A DNA stretch of 62,779 nt, counting the filler, from Stramenopiles sp. TOSAG23-3 (lineage: Eukaryota): the NCBI GenBank assembly GCA_900128585.1. It is 8 parts of 8 records of this genome, joined end to end, with 100 filler letters (N's around TTAATTAATTAA, not from the genome) between each part and the next. Parts side by side here need not be neighbours in the genome. Positions count along the whole stretch, not along the records: positions 41,469 to 55,178 come from LT642613.1; positions 55,279 to 57,080 come from LT645369.1; positions 57,181 to 58,980 come from LT645370.1; positions 59,081 to 60,880 come from LT645371.1; positions 60,981 to 62,779 come from LT645372.1; 3 more parts are not named here. One strand, written 5' to 3'. The notes below the pieces were generated by a model. It was not told the DNA's origin. It saw nothing but the letters and a program-made list of their open reading frames with translations, and ran no database searches. This document shows, piece after piece, positions 53,408-62,779 of this stretch (the stretch's first letter is position 1; each line of letters starts with the position of its first letter). The position numbers and the translations under genes were made by a program.

Positions 53408-53586
53408 TCCCGTAAGTTTAAAAAACAAAAAGTATATTTAGTTTTTTTTTAAGTTATATATTTTGTTTTCTTTTATTTAAGAAGTTTACTTTAAAATCGA
53501 AGTGCGCGTAGCAACATATATTATGTTTTTCTACGCTTTTAAAACCTTTGCACCTCTGTTGACGTAAAATTTTGGTTTCCTCGTGT

Positions 53587-54396
53587 TCAATTCTCGTCTT
53601 TTTGTACAAGGGCACACAATGAAAATTCGATCAACTCTGGTTCCAGCTGCATGAAATTCTGTCGTACAACATTCATTGCATCGTTGAGGAAAGTTTCGGG
53701 GCTGGTTGCTTTGTGAAAAATTGGACCAATTTTTGTTCCGTCTAATTCCCAGAGTTGACCTCTATTGTCGGACAAAAATGCTGCAAAGTGGTGGTCCAAG
53801 TCTGGCCCGTTTCTAGCAGGGCACGTTGTTTGTGCTTCATCGCTCTGAGCGGCCCCGTCGGACGAAGCTTTCAGCGTTGGCTCGTTGACCAGAACTTTCC
53901 CAATTTCGCTGGGCTTCAAACTTTTCGTTTTTTCCTTGAAGTTTCGGATCGCCGACCCCGGTTTCACCGCATCGAGATTTGAAAGAACATGCAACGTTGC
54001 AATAGTGCCACATGCATTTCCAAACGCGCTGATTTGTTCAAGAAAGAAGATATGCTCTGATCGTTTCAGATATTGTTCCAAGTCGCCGCTGCGAATTGCC
54101 CTTTCTTCTTGCGAACGGAATTTGTAGATCGTCTCTGTACACGGAAACAAGAGCACTAGTGCTTTAACTTTGGAGTGATCTTCAATTAACTCCGGTGACA
54201 ATACATCTATGAACTCGTAAGAATTTTCTAGACCTACTTTATGCGCAAACGAATTCAATACTTCTGGATTACTCTCCAGAGCTAGCCATGGCGTCGACTG
54301 GTTAAAACTTCCCTTTTCGCCGTAAACTTCTCGGTTGATAGTTTTCAAACGGTCCTCACGATTACTACTCGACTGACCCATAGCACTGGCGGCCAT
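53587..54396 (-). CDS. Ubiquitin C-terminal hydrolase, peptidase C12 (UCHL3-like)
   Basis: WLALESNPEV, Q...NACGTIA (Cys), DHHF (His), WELDG (Asp). Confidence 0.93.
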   Translation of the reverse strand: MAASAMGQSSSNREDRLKTINREVYGEKGSFNQSTPWLALESNPEVLNSFAHKVGLENSYEFIDVLSPELIEDHSKVKALVLLFPCTETIYKFRSQEERAIRSGDLEQYLKRSEHIFFLEQISAFGNACGTIATLHVLSNLDAVKPGSAIRNFKEKTKSLKPSEIGKVLVNEPTLKASSDGAAQSDEAQTTCPARNGPDLDHHFAAFLSDNRGQLWELDGTKIGPIFHKATSPETFLNDAMNVVRQNFMQLEPELIEFSLCALVQKDEN

Positions 54397-54756
54397 CGAC
54401 TAAAAAGGATATCTATTAAATATGCCTGGATATCTAATTCTTTCTTCTATCAATGCAGTCACATTTTAATTAAATGGATTAGTTTTATGAAATGCTGCTA
54501 TTGGTTGGAATATATACCCGTATATTTTTATATTTTCAAAATGTTTTGAGACACCAGAAAAGTTGAATTATATGTGTTCCGCGCCGGTTCTGTAGTAGAT
54601 AGTAGAGGAATTAAATAAAATAAAAAAAAAATGAAGCGGTGGCGCATAATTCCACGATCATGCTAGGATTAGGGTAAATAACTAGGTCTTGGTACTTCAC
54701 GATATGTATGGGCTCCCGCGCCGTAAAACTTGCGCTTTTTATTCATCGTTCTTTTA

Positions 54757-55178
54757 CTATTCTTGCAAAAGAGCAGTCATTTCTGACGTACGCTGAAGGT
54801 CGAAAAATAGTGTGGGATTTGGATTGATTTGAATTGATTTCTGGTCCAGCTGGAACTTGCCGATCTTAGAATGCCCTTGGAGTCGGGTTATGTCATCTAG
54901 GACACCAAGGGGGGCAATTCCCAGCTCACTTCGTAGTTTAATAAGCGCATAATGAAGACCATGCGCGGTGGCAAGACTGACTGTAAACGCCTGACTCGAT
55001 CGGACCCCAGGCAAAAGCGCAAGCCATTCCAGCACTACAGCACCCTCCGGCGATGGGCGCCAATTGCCGCTAAGTCGATGTGGATAAACATCGTGGATGG
55101 ACCCTGAAAGAAACTGCCCCTTCTGTCTGTCTAAAAGGTGATCAACATAATCTCTGGCAAACGTCTCTGAATGGTCTG
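54757..55178 (-). CDS. C-terminal fragment of an unknown protein (5'-truncated by contig end)
   Basis: The frame of ORF 54757..55035 stays open to the spacer (DHSETFARDYVDHLLDRQKG...); coding-like GC. Confidence 0.55.
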
Positions 55179-55278
55179 NNNNNNNNNNNNNNNNNNNNNN
55201 NNNNNNNNNNNNNNNNNNNNNNTTAATTAATTAANNNNNNNNNNNNNNNNNNNNNNNNNNNNNNNNNNNNNNNNNNNN
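55179..55278. other. Artificial contig spacer
   Basis: 44N-TTAATTAATTAA-44N. Confidence 0.99.
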
Positions 55279-55354
55279 CACTAAAGAAGTAACAGCTCGT
55301 AGTGATTGGGCTCTTTATTTTTTTACTCGGAACGAACATGTACGGTAATTGCAG

Positions 55355-57080
55355 TCGCGAACAAGGGGCTCCTGGCGCTCGGGATATTCTTGATCGGTTT
55401 TGTGATCGGCCTGATGGTATTCAACCATATGGGTACTGGTGGGAAGAAGTCACAGGCACAAATGCGGAAGGTCATCATCATCAACTACTTGCAGACGACA
55501 TACATGATTGCCAACATGGACGTTCCGTGGCCAGACACCTTGTCCGGGCTGTTCGAGTTCCAAGGTGCGATAAGCACGATCGGGGAGCAGCTTTTGAACC
55601 CCGTCTGTGAGCTCCAGACCCTTCCTGCGGCGGAGCTGATGTATTCGAAGCAGGTGGGGTACGCGTTTGTGCTGCCGCTGCTGGGGACGTGCATCTACGT
55701 CGTGTGGCGCTCTGCCGCCCTGCTTCTCGGGCGATCCTACATCTACCGGGGGCCCGACGGCCAGTCGCCAAGCTTGAAGGATGGCTGCACTGCAACAATG
55801 GTGTTCTTGATGTACCTCATGTACCCCACCCTTTGCCGCCAGGCGTTTGCGTTGCTCATGTGCAAGCAAGTGGGAGACCACCAGTACTTGATGGCGGATC
55901 TGCAAGAAGTATGCTGGGAGGGGCGCCACCTGTGGTGGATACTGTTCTGTTCCTTGCCCCAGATGTTCTTGCATGTCATTGGATTCCCGTTGGTAGGCTT
56001 GATCGTAGTCTACCAACGAAAAAAAGTTCGCCATCACGACCACAACAAGTCCTTCTCCGGGGCAAAGCAAATCAGGCTGAAGAATAATCTGGCCTCGTCG
56101 ATCAGCCTGTTCAAGTTTGGAATGTTGTACAGTGCCTACGCGCCTCACCGCTGGTACTGGGACGCCGTGATCGCTTTCAAAAAGGCAGCCATTGCGTTTG
56201 TGACTAGTTTTGTGAGCATCCCAGAGTTGGAAGTCCACTGGATCGTCGTCCTGATGGGGTCGTTCATCCTATTGAACGAGTTTGGCAAGCCGTACAACCA
56301 CCCGTCGAGGAAACGGGCCGTCGAGCAGAAGGGCAGCGCTGGAAGCGAGCGGAACCTCGGGGCCGCGAAAAAGAAGAAGAAGAAACGGAATTATGTGCGA
56401 ACGATTATGGGCACCGGAAACCAAGAAGATCCGGGGGAAGAGCTCCAACGGCTGGATTCGTTGACTTTGTACGTTTCCATGGTCACGTCCTGGTCCGGTC
56501 TGTTTTTTATACTGTTCCCGTACTGCAGCGAGAACGACATTGGCTGCGGTATGCTGCTGGTATCCATAATGGCCTTCAACATTTTATTCCTGGTCTACTG
56601 CATACTGCTGTTTCGCAGTCAAATCGTGAGCGAGACCAAGCGTTTCGTGGAAATAGTAAACCGGAAATGCAACTGCCTCCGAAAAGTGGACCCGAAGGAA
56701 GAGGAGGAGCGGCAACAGAGGGAACGGTTCGCAAAAGCGATCGAAATGCGACGCAGCGACGTTCACGGCAACCCGCTTGTGTACAGAAAATCGTTCGTCG
56801 TGCACCAAAATACCACTAATCCCATTGCCAAGCTGGACCGTTCCTCGGTTATGATGATGAGGAACCTGAAGCAGAAGTCCAACCTGCGCCGCTCCAACAA
56901 GATCAAGCAACTGGCGGCCAAGAACAGAAGTTCAATGAAGAAGAAGTACTCGAAGCGGTACCAATACACTCGCGTGATCGTTGAAGACGGGAAGGATTAC
57001 TACTACTACCCACGGACGAGGGAGAAACGGTTGGACGACCCCATGCTGGACTGGGTGTCGCACGAGGACGATTCCGGTAA
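55355..57080 (+). CDS. Partial multi-pass membrane protein (TRP-C-terminal-like TM block common in protists) with WW-like tail
   Basis: KVIIINYLQ, YLMYPTLC, YLMADLQEVCWEGRH, FGMLYSAY...WYWDAV; WW-like GKDYYYYPRTRE...W. A possible splice acceptor TTGCAG ends at 55354; both ends incomplete. Confidence 0.78.
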
Positions 57081-57180
57081 NNNNNNNNNNNNNNNNNNNN
57101 NNNNNNNNNNNNNNNNNNNNNNNNTTAATTAATTAANNNNNNNNNNNNNNNNNNNNNNNNNNNNNNNNNNNNNNNNNNNN
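57081..57180. other. Artificial contig spacer
   Basis: 44N-TTAATTAATTAA-44N. Confidence 0.99.
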
Positions 57181-57254
57181 CATGGATCGGTGCTGACGCG
57201 TTCGCAAAGTTCAACGTCTAGTTTTTGTGTATACCTAATTTTTATGATACGAGA

Positions 57255-57310
57255 AGTACATTTAATGTTAATTACTTAAATAACAGCCAATTATTTTCTT
57301 GTTTTTATAT
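57255..57310 (+). mobile_element. Repeat family A, short 3'-end copy
   Basis: AGTACATTTAATGTTAATTACTTAAATAACAGCCAATTATTTTCTTGTTTTT. Confidence 0.8.
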
Positions 57311-57314
57311 ACAG

Positions 57315-57404
57315 TTCCACGCATGGCACCGCGAATGGGTATGGTCGTTTGTGGTGTTTGCTATACTGTACATCCTGGTGTTGGTATTCAAAAGTCTAAA
57401 GCGC
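57315..57404 (+). pseudogene. Fragment paralogous to the TM-LRR gene at 13831-15076
   Basis: FHAWHREWVWSFVVFAILYILVL versus FRAWHRRWVWLFVLFAGFYVMLI; similarity is lost afterwards in AT-rich DNA. Confidence 0.7.
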
Positions 57405-57646
57405 TCAAAATCATATAATAAACACACCATTGACTTAAAAAAAGTTGTACCAGTTGTATCACTGATTGTGTCTATTAATATAATAGTCTAAAATAAAACA
57501 ACAAAAATAAAAATATAAAAATGTTGAAGTTCGTTGGGTGTTCGTACAGTACGCGTACAGCATACAGTACGTATATTTCTTTAACATTTTATTAGTAGTC
57601 GTCCATGTAGTCGGTCTATAATACCTCGTAATAAGTGACAAGGGTC

Positions 57647-57695
57647 TGTATATAAAAAACAAGAAAATTGGCTGTTGTTATTATTTATTTATTAT
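57647..57695 (-). mobile_element. Repeat family A, short 3'-end copy (inverted)
   Basis: Reverse complement reads AATAATAACAACAGCCAATTTTCTTGTTTTTTATATACAG. Confidence 0.72.
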
Positions 57696-57807
57696 AAATA
57701 TCTTAATTAAATTTAGCTTCCTCATCATATCCTAATCCTAACTTGGTTTTGTAATTTTGTTTCATTGTTGGTTGTCAATCACCGAGGGGATGATATATTT
57801 GGTTAGG

Positions 57808-57939
57808 TAGTAAAACCACAAGAGCAAAGATACGTTCGCAGTACATGAAGGAATTTAAACCTCGAATGTTTAGTTGAGTTCAGTTCGCAGTACATTAATT
57901 TTAATTACTTAAATAACAGCTAATTTTCTTGTTTTAAAA
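57808..57939 (+). mobile_element. Repeat family A copy
   Basis: TAGTAAAACCACAAGAGC ... GTTCGCAGTACAT (twice) ... AATAACAGCTAATTTTCTTGTTTTAAAA. Confidence 0.85.
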
Positions 57940-57979
57940 TTCTTACTTTATGCCCCCCGACCGAATATTTCATTTCCTT

Positions 57980-58980
57980 TTAATCTTTGCTGTACCGAAA
58001 GAGCGATGACACGCTCGATGCAGCGTTGAGAACTGCAAGGTGGCCCGCGGAGCCATCAGGCAACATGTCTAAAGACGTGACTTGCCCAACGGACAGACTC
58101 GAATTTTTCCAAGACACACCGCTATTGGTTGTGTGCCACACGTGGCCTTTGTCAAACAGTGACACCCCACCCCCAGCTAAAATAACTTCATCTTCTGACA
58201 TAGCTTCAACAACATTAATGATGACTTCGTAGAATAAATTTCCAATTTGTTTCCACGTTTTACCACCGTTTTCAGTCTTGAACAAGAAGGATCCATACAA
58301 CGGCTCGCAATTGTCTTCAAAGCATGACGTTGCTGCATAGCAAACATCCTTGTTAGCGCAAGAAATATCTGTCATCCCACCAACGCCACGACCAGGATGA
58401 GATTGAGGCGCTGTTTTGTTGAATACCGTCTTGAAAGTTTGGCCCGCGTCTTCTGTCTTCATGATGGTAGCTTTGAATGCTGGTCCAGGAGGGTCGCTCT
58501 CGGGCGAGACGAGTCCACCTGCAATGTACCATACATCTTCAGTTGGAAAAGCCCCTGCCATTGCATCCGTATCTGGACCGTCGGTCCCAGACCAGTCAAT
58601 GTTTTTGTATGTTTCCCCGTTGTCGATCGAGATTAAAATTCCACTGCACTGGGCACTTACTTTTCCATGTGTGCAGACAGTGCCGTTTTGCCAGGAATTG
58701 AACTCACTGATGAACGCCCACGCATACTCACCTTTTTTCCTCGTCGGCAGCAGCTCAATATCATGGCCGCTTACAGCCCCATTAAAACCTTTTGCAATGT
58801 CAGCGCTCGGGAGCCACGAGTTACCCCCGTCGGACGTGCTGTAGGTTACGGGTTCACCAAGGAATGCGACCCCCCCCGCGACTCCGTGGAGGCCATCGGG
58901 GTGCATTTTTACAACTTCCATAACGCAAATCTTACACTTGGTGATGGACATTTTCAAAGACAGTGAATTGTTCTTTTCCA
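57980..58980 (-). CDS. BNR/Asp-box beta-propeller protein (Ycf48/sortilin/sialidase-like fold), 5'-truncated
   Basis: Five Asp-boxes: STSDGGNSW, SIDNGETY, KTEDAGQTF, KTENGGKTW, HTTNSGVSW; frame open to the contig edge. Confidence 0.82.
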
Positions 58981-59080
58981 NNNNNNNNNNNNNNNNNNNN
59001 NNNNNNNNNNNNNNNNNNNNNNNNTTAATTAATTAANNNNNNNNNNNNNNNNNNNNNNNNNNNNNNNNNNNNNNNNNNNN
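58981..59080. other. Artificial contig spacer
   Basis: 44N-TTAATTAATTAA-44N. Confidence 0.99.
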
Positions 59081-60655
59081 CTTCGGTATATCGCTCCCAC
59101 CAGATAAAACGGACAGATCAAGAATGTGTCGCACACGACGTTTCAATAAATCCGAATTGATGCGCACGGACAAAAAGTAATTGGGTCGAGGCAATGTGTT
59201 CTTGTTCTTCTTCTTGTTCTTCTGTGTATTCCCTCCCTTCTTTTTTGTCGTGCCTTTTTCTCCTCCACCCTTCGCCTTTGTGTTTTTCTCAACCGTTTTT
59301 GGCTGCTGAAGGAATGGGTGTTTGGGCGCCGACAAAGATCGAAACATGCCAATGTCGCTGCAAACAACGGGGGAAAATGTTGATTCCTTTGGGACCCCGC
59401 GCATTCCCAAAGTGTGTGCAATCACAGCAGGTTTGGTTTTTATCATCTCCATACCGACTGCCTGGCCTAACGCCAACCCACTCATGAGAGCTCCCTCGAT
59501 AGATGGGCTTACAAACCAATCGCCCACAACACCAATTTGGTTGTTTTGATCGTGCAAAAATGCGCCTCCTGCCATGCGGTTGCATGGGAGAGCAGCACCC
59601 CATAATTGCACGTGCAAAATCCGGTGCGCACCGTTTACCTGTTTGCCCACAAACTCTCGCAGGAGGGAGAGGAATTCTGTACACATTTCTTTGCCAACTT
59701 TTTCCTTCACAGGCTCTGGTATGTTCTCTTGGGGGCATTTGTTCTTCGAGGCGTATTTGGCCGATGATACCAATGACCAGAGCTGAACCTGGCCTTTTCG
59801 TTTGTATTTTGCTGTATTATTTATTGCAAACGACAAGATACTGTTGTTTTCGATAAAGCAACCAGTAAACATATCCTCCGTCTTCTCTTCCCGTGGAACC
59901 TCCACAATGACGACAAACAAAGATTTCAGCTGCAAACATTTCGAGTCCTTCTTCGATCCATTAGCAACAAATTTGCACTTCAAAATGGGATTGGCACGAG
60001 TTTTTACCTTGCTTGTCCGCATTAAACGATCAGCACACTTTCCATTGTGCGCAATGACAGCATATTTGTAAGGACCAAAATGCTTCTTCTTCCCCTTGCC
60101 AGCAAACAACCAAGAGATTTTGCCGTGAGTCCCAGGGTTGCGTGGGACATATTCTTTGCTGATCAGTTTGGAAATCCACACATCTTGGTGAAACGTTGTT
60201 GTTTTCGCACATTTTTTGGCAAGCCATCGGCAGATAGAATTCATCCCTAGTTTGGAATTACCAGCATAGAAAGTCCGATCCACCATTGTCTTGAAATTGC
60301 CATTGTCCCAGCGCACAATATTGTCGACTCTTGTGACAGCCCCGTCCTTTTCCATGACCTGAATGAGATCTTTTGCTGCTTTGTGATTTGAAAGGGTAAA
60401 CAGTTGACAAGCATGATCAACAAGAACTCTTTCACCGCTACTGGTTTTTACAAACTTGGATGAGCACCTGCCACCTACGCCATGCTTCCCAGTATCAAAT
60501 ACTGACGCCGAAATGCCAAACTTACTTAACCCAAAAGCAAAAGCAAGCCCACTGACCCCCCCACCAACAACACCAACAGAAATATCTTTCCGACCCTTCT
60601 TGCTCTTCTTTTGATTCTTCGTTACCCCGGCCATAAATACAGGATTATGCTCCAC
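59081..60655 (-). CDS. Renalase-like FAD/NAD(P)-dependent oxidoreductase with the start of a second, AKAP7/2H-like domain; 3'-truncated
   Basis: VGVVGGGVSG, FDTGKHGVGGRCSS, DHACQLFT, QLWGAALP, GDWF...IEGALMSG; then a Lys-rich linker and RPNYFLSVRI. Confidence 0.85.
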
Positions 60656-60880
60656 TCGTCTCCGTTGTCATTCTCTGTGCCTATTTTAGTTTTGAGTGCG
60701 CCTTTGATTGTCGGAATCATTTGTAAGTGCTTGTTTAGGCAGAGAGATAGAAATGCTTGCTTTTCTGTAAATAAAAAATCTTCATTCTTTTCAATTTTTA
60801 TTGAGGGTGGTTGCTGCTTCTTCGTCGTTGGTGGCTCTGTGTTTTTAAAATTGTTTTTTTTTATTATTAATTTTATAGAA

Positions 60881-60980
60881 NNNNNNNNNNNNNNNNNNNN
60901 NNNNNNNNNNNNNNNNNNNNNNNNTTAATTAATTAANNNNNNNNNNNNNNNNNNNNNNNNNNNNNNNNNNNNNNNNNNNN
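60881..60980. other. Artificial contig spacer
   Basis: 44N-TTAATTAATTAA-44N. Confidence 0.99.
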
Positions 60981-61681
60981 GGTCGGGGAGTCGCAGGCGG
61001 CCATGGCGGTCGCAAGGATAGCTAAGAATACAACAGCAGTTTTCATTTTGAAGATGAATGAACGATGAATTGTAGTTTGTTTATATGTAATGTTGACTAT
61101 TTATATAAAATTGATCTGTTGTTTACCAACGCTTTTCTCTAAGTTGTTTACTACTCTATTTGTTTTCCACAATGGAATGAAAGGAGTCTCAAAAGTTAGT
61201 TCCCTTCGAATTCTTTGTTCCAAGTCTGGAATCAATTTCTTTTTTTAAACTTTCCTTTGTTATTCCTATGTTAATATCATCACCAAAAGAAAAAAAAAAG
61301 AATGGAGGGGAATTAACACATGCACAGCATCGAAATAGAAATGAAAGAATCAAATGCCGGATTTCTTCGATGGAAATACAACATCAACAATACATTAAAT
61401 AGAATAAACAAAACAAAAAGTAACAACAAACTCAATGAAATATGAATTAAACGAAAGAAATGATGTTGGTTCTAATTGTTATGTTTATACACTGTGTCTA
61501 TATTAAATAAAGTGTTGTAAATGAATGAAATAATCTATTTAGTAGGTACATAGCATCGTCCCCCTCCTTTTTTTCTTTTTTTCCTTTTTTCTTTCTTTCT
61601 TTCTTTCCTTCTTTTTTAGAAAAAAGCAAAAAACGAATAGAAACAAGTAGTATTAAGAAGTACAGAATTGCGTATTATATT

Positions 61682-61994
61682 TATTGTCTTTCCTATTTGA
61701 GTTACGAATAGAACTAATATGTACTTAAGTCCATTAAGTGTTCGTATTGTCTTTCCTATTTGAGTTAGAAAAAAAGAAAACGACAAGTTCGGTTCGATGC
61801 CATTTCATTTGCTTCATTCGGTCGATTGGATGTTTCATGTTATTCCCCTTCTGTAACTAATTGAGGAATCAAATGAAGATTCTTTCAAAAAAAAAAGAAA
61901 AAGGAAAAAGAAAACGGAGGAGGTCAATTCCTATGCTGTATCAATGTATTTACTAATTCGAGAAAGGAGATAGAATGGAAAGACAATACGCAAT
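61682..61994. repeat. Direct and inverted repeat cluster
   Basis: TATTGTCTTTCCTATTTGAGTTA at 61682-61704 and 61745-61767; inverted partner GGAAAGACAATACG at 61977-61990. Confidence 0.8.
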
Positions 61995-62693
61995 CACTTA
62001 TAGTATTGATAGGTAGAATAGAATTCAAGTACAAAGAAAAGAATTCATTAGAATACATATTTATTATTGTATGTAATATTAAGTATACATAACAATGTAC
62101 TACAGGAAATATAGTTGGCTATGAAGATAAATAAATAGAAGGGAAATTGAATTGTATAGCATTACTTAAATGGATAACAAATAATGAGTGTATTGCCTAT
62201 GAATGTACCCCCCTGGACATACCAAAAGGATGGTCGCGTTTTTCTCACTCATTTCGCTCGGGAAAGGCAAGGTTAGCTTGAACGCTTGAGAACGCTTGAA
62301 CTCTATTGAACTCTTGATTCTTTTGGGTGGTTTGCAACAGGCTGAAAGGCGTTTTCCAATGCAAACGTATTTTAACAGATGTAGTACAACAACTCTCGAA
62401 GAAAAGAATACTCTTACTTATAAATTACTAAACACCCTTCTTCTTCGTGTGGCAATCAATCACCAACCGAACCGGGCACACAAACCAAGGCATGTGCGTC
62501 GCATCTTGGACCGATGGGGAGCGGCCGGCCGCCGCACGCTTACAAGAGCGTAAGCGTTCGGCAACCACCTTTCCCCCACGACAAGGTGCAACGTCGTAAC
62601 GTAAAATACACTATCACGATGATCTCTTCGAAATTACTTTTTTTCTTTTTATAATTAAGTCATTTGAAGACGCAGTGAGTAGGGGCATTCCGC

Positions 62694-62779
62694 TTACTTT
62701 GCCTTGCACAAGTCCATCAACTTGTTGCAGTTCTCTTCGCATTTAGTGGCATCCTTCTCGGCCTTGCACTTGGACAGGC
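62694..62779 (-). CDS. Possible C-terminal end of a Cys-rich protein
   Basis: Reads LSKCKAEKDATKCEENCNKLMDLCKAK* with GC-rich codons and CxxxC spacing; only 27 codons visible. Confidence 0.4.
   Translation of the reverse strand, partial: LSKCKAEKDATKCEENCNKLMDLCKAK

Noticed and set aside
298..54396. Alternative genetic code or selenocysteine readthrough at TGA-ending genes
   Set aside because: Recognisable proteins (USO1, CaMK, MPP10, UCH) end at their expected C-termini, and TAA, TGA and TAG all appear as normal stops.

Overview
Eukaryotic nuclear DNA from a flagellated protist, probably a heterotrophic stramenopile-like lineage (inferred from gene content). The window is not contiguous. 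Seven identical 100-nt artificial spacers (44N-TTAATTAATTAA-44N) join eight contigs of 13730, 13721, 13717, 13710, 1802, 1800, 1800 and 1799 bp in length order, so neighbours across spacers are unlinked. Genes are compact, almost all intronless and use the standard code, with AT-rich, (CTT)n-rich intergenic DNA. Recognisable genes: ABHD18, mL43, USO1/p115, RSPH9, a HAD hydrolase, an M43 metalloprotease, RABL6, a BART protein, a CaMK, an outer-arm dynein heavy chain, an ankyrin protein, an RBR E3 ligase, a CAS1/RWA O-acetyltransferase, a class I HDAC homologue, MPP10, UCH and a renalase-like oxidoreductase. I found no prokaryote-style multi-gene system, CRISPR array, rRNA or tRNA. The best leads are: (1) a short retroposon-like (SINE or truncated LINE) family with 6 copies on 3 contigs, sharing a 3' end with variable 5' truncation, one copy with an A-tail, a 12-bp TSD and a TT/AAA target; (2) a class I HDAC that has lost all three Zn ligands; (3) a renalase-like enzyme apparently fused to an AKAP7-type 2H domain; (4) a CAS1 protein with reversed domain order and a degenerate SGNH-like module; (5) a secreted-protein gene missed by the ORF track because of a poly-G frameshift and a GTAAGT/TACTAAC intron; (6) two convergent gene halves colliding near 33250.
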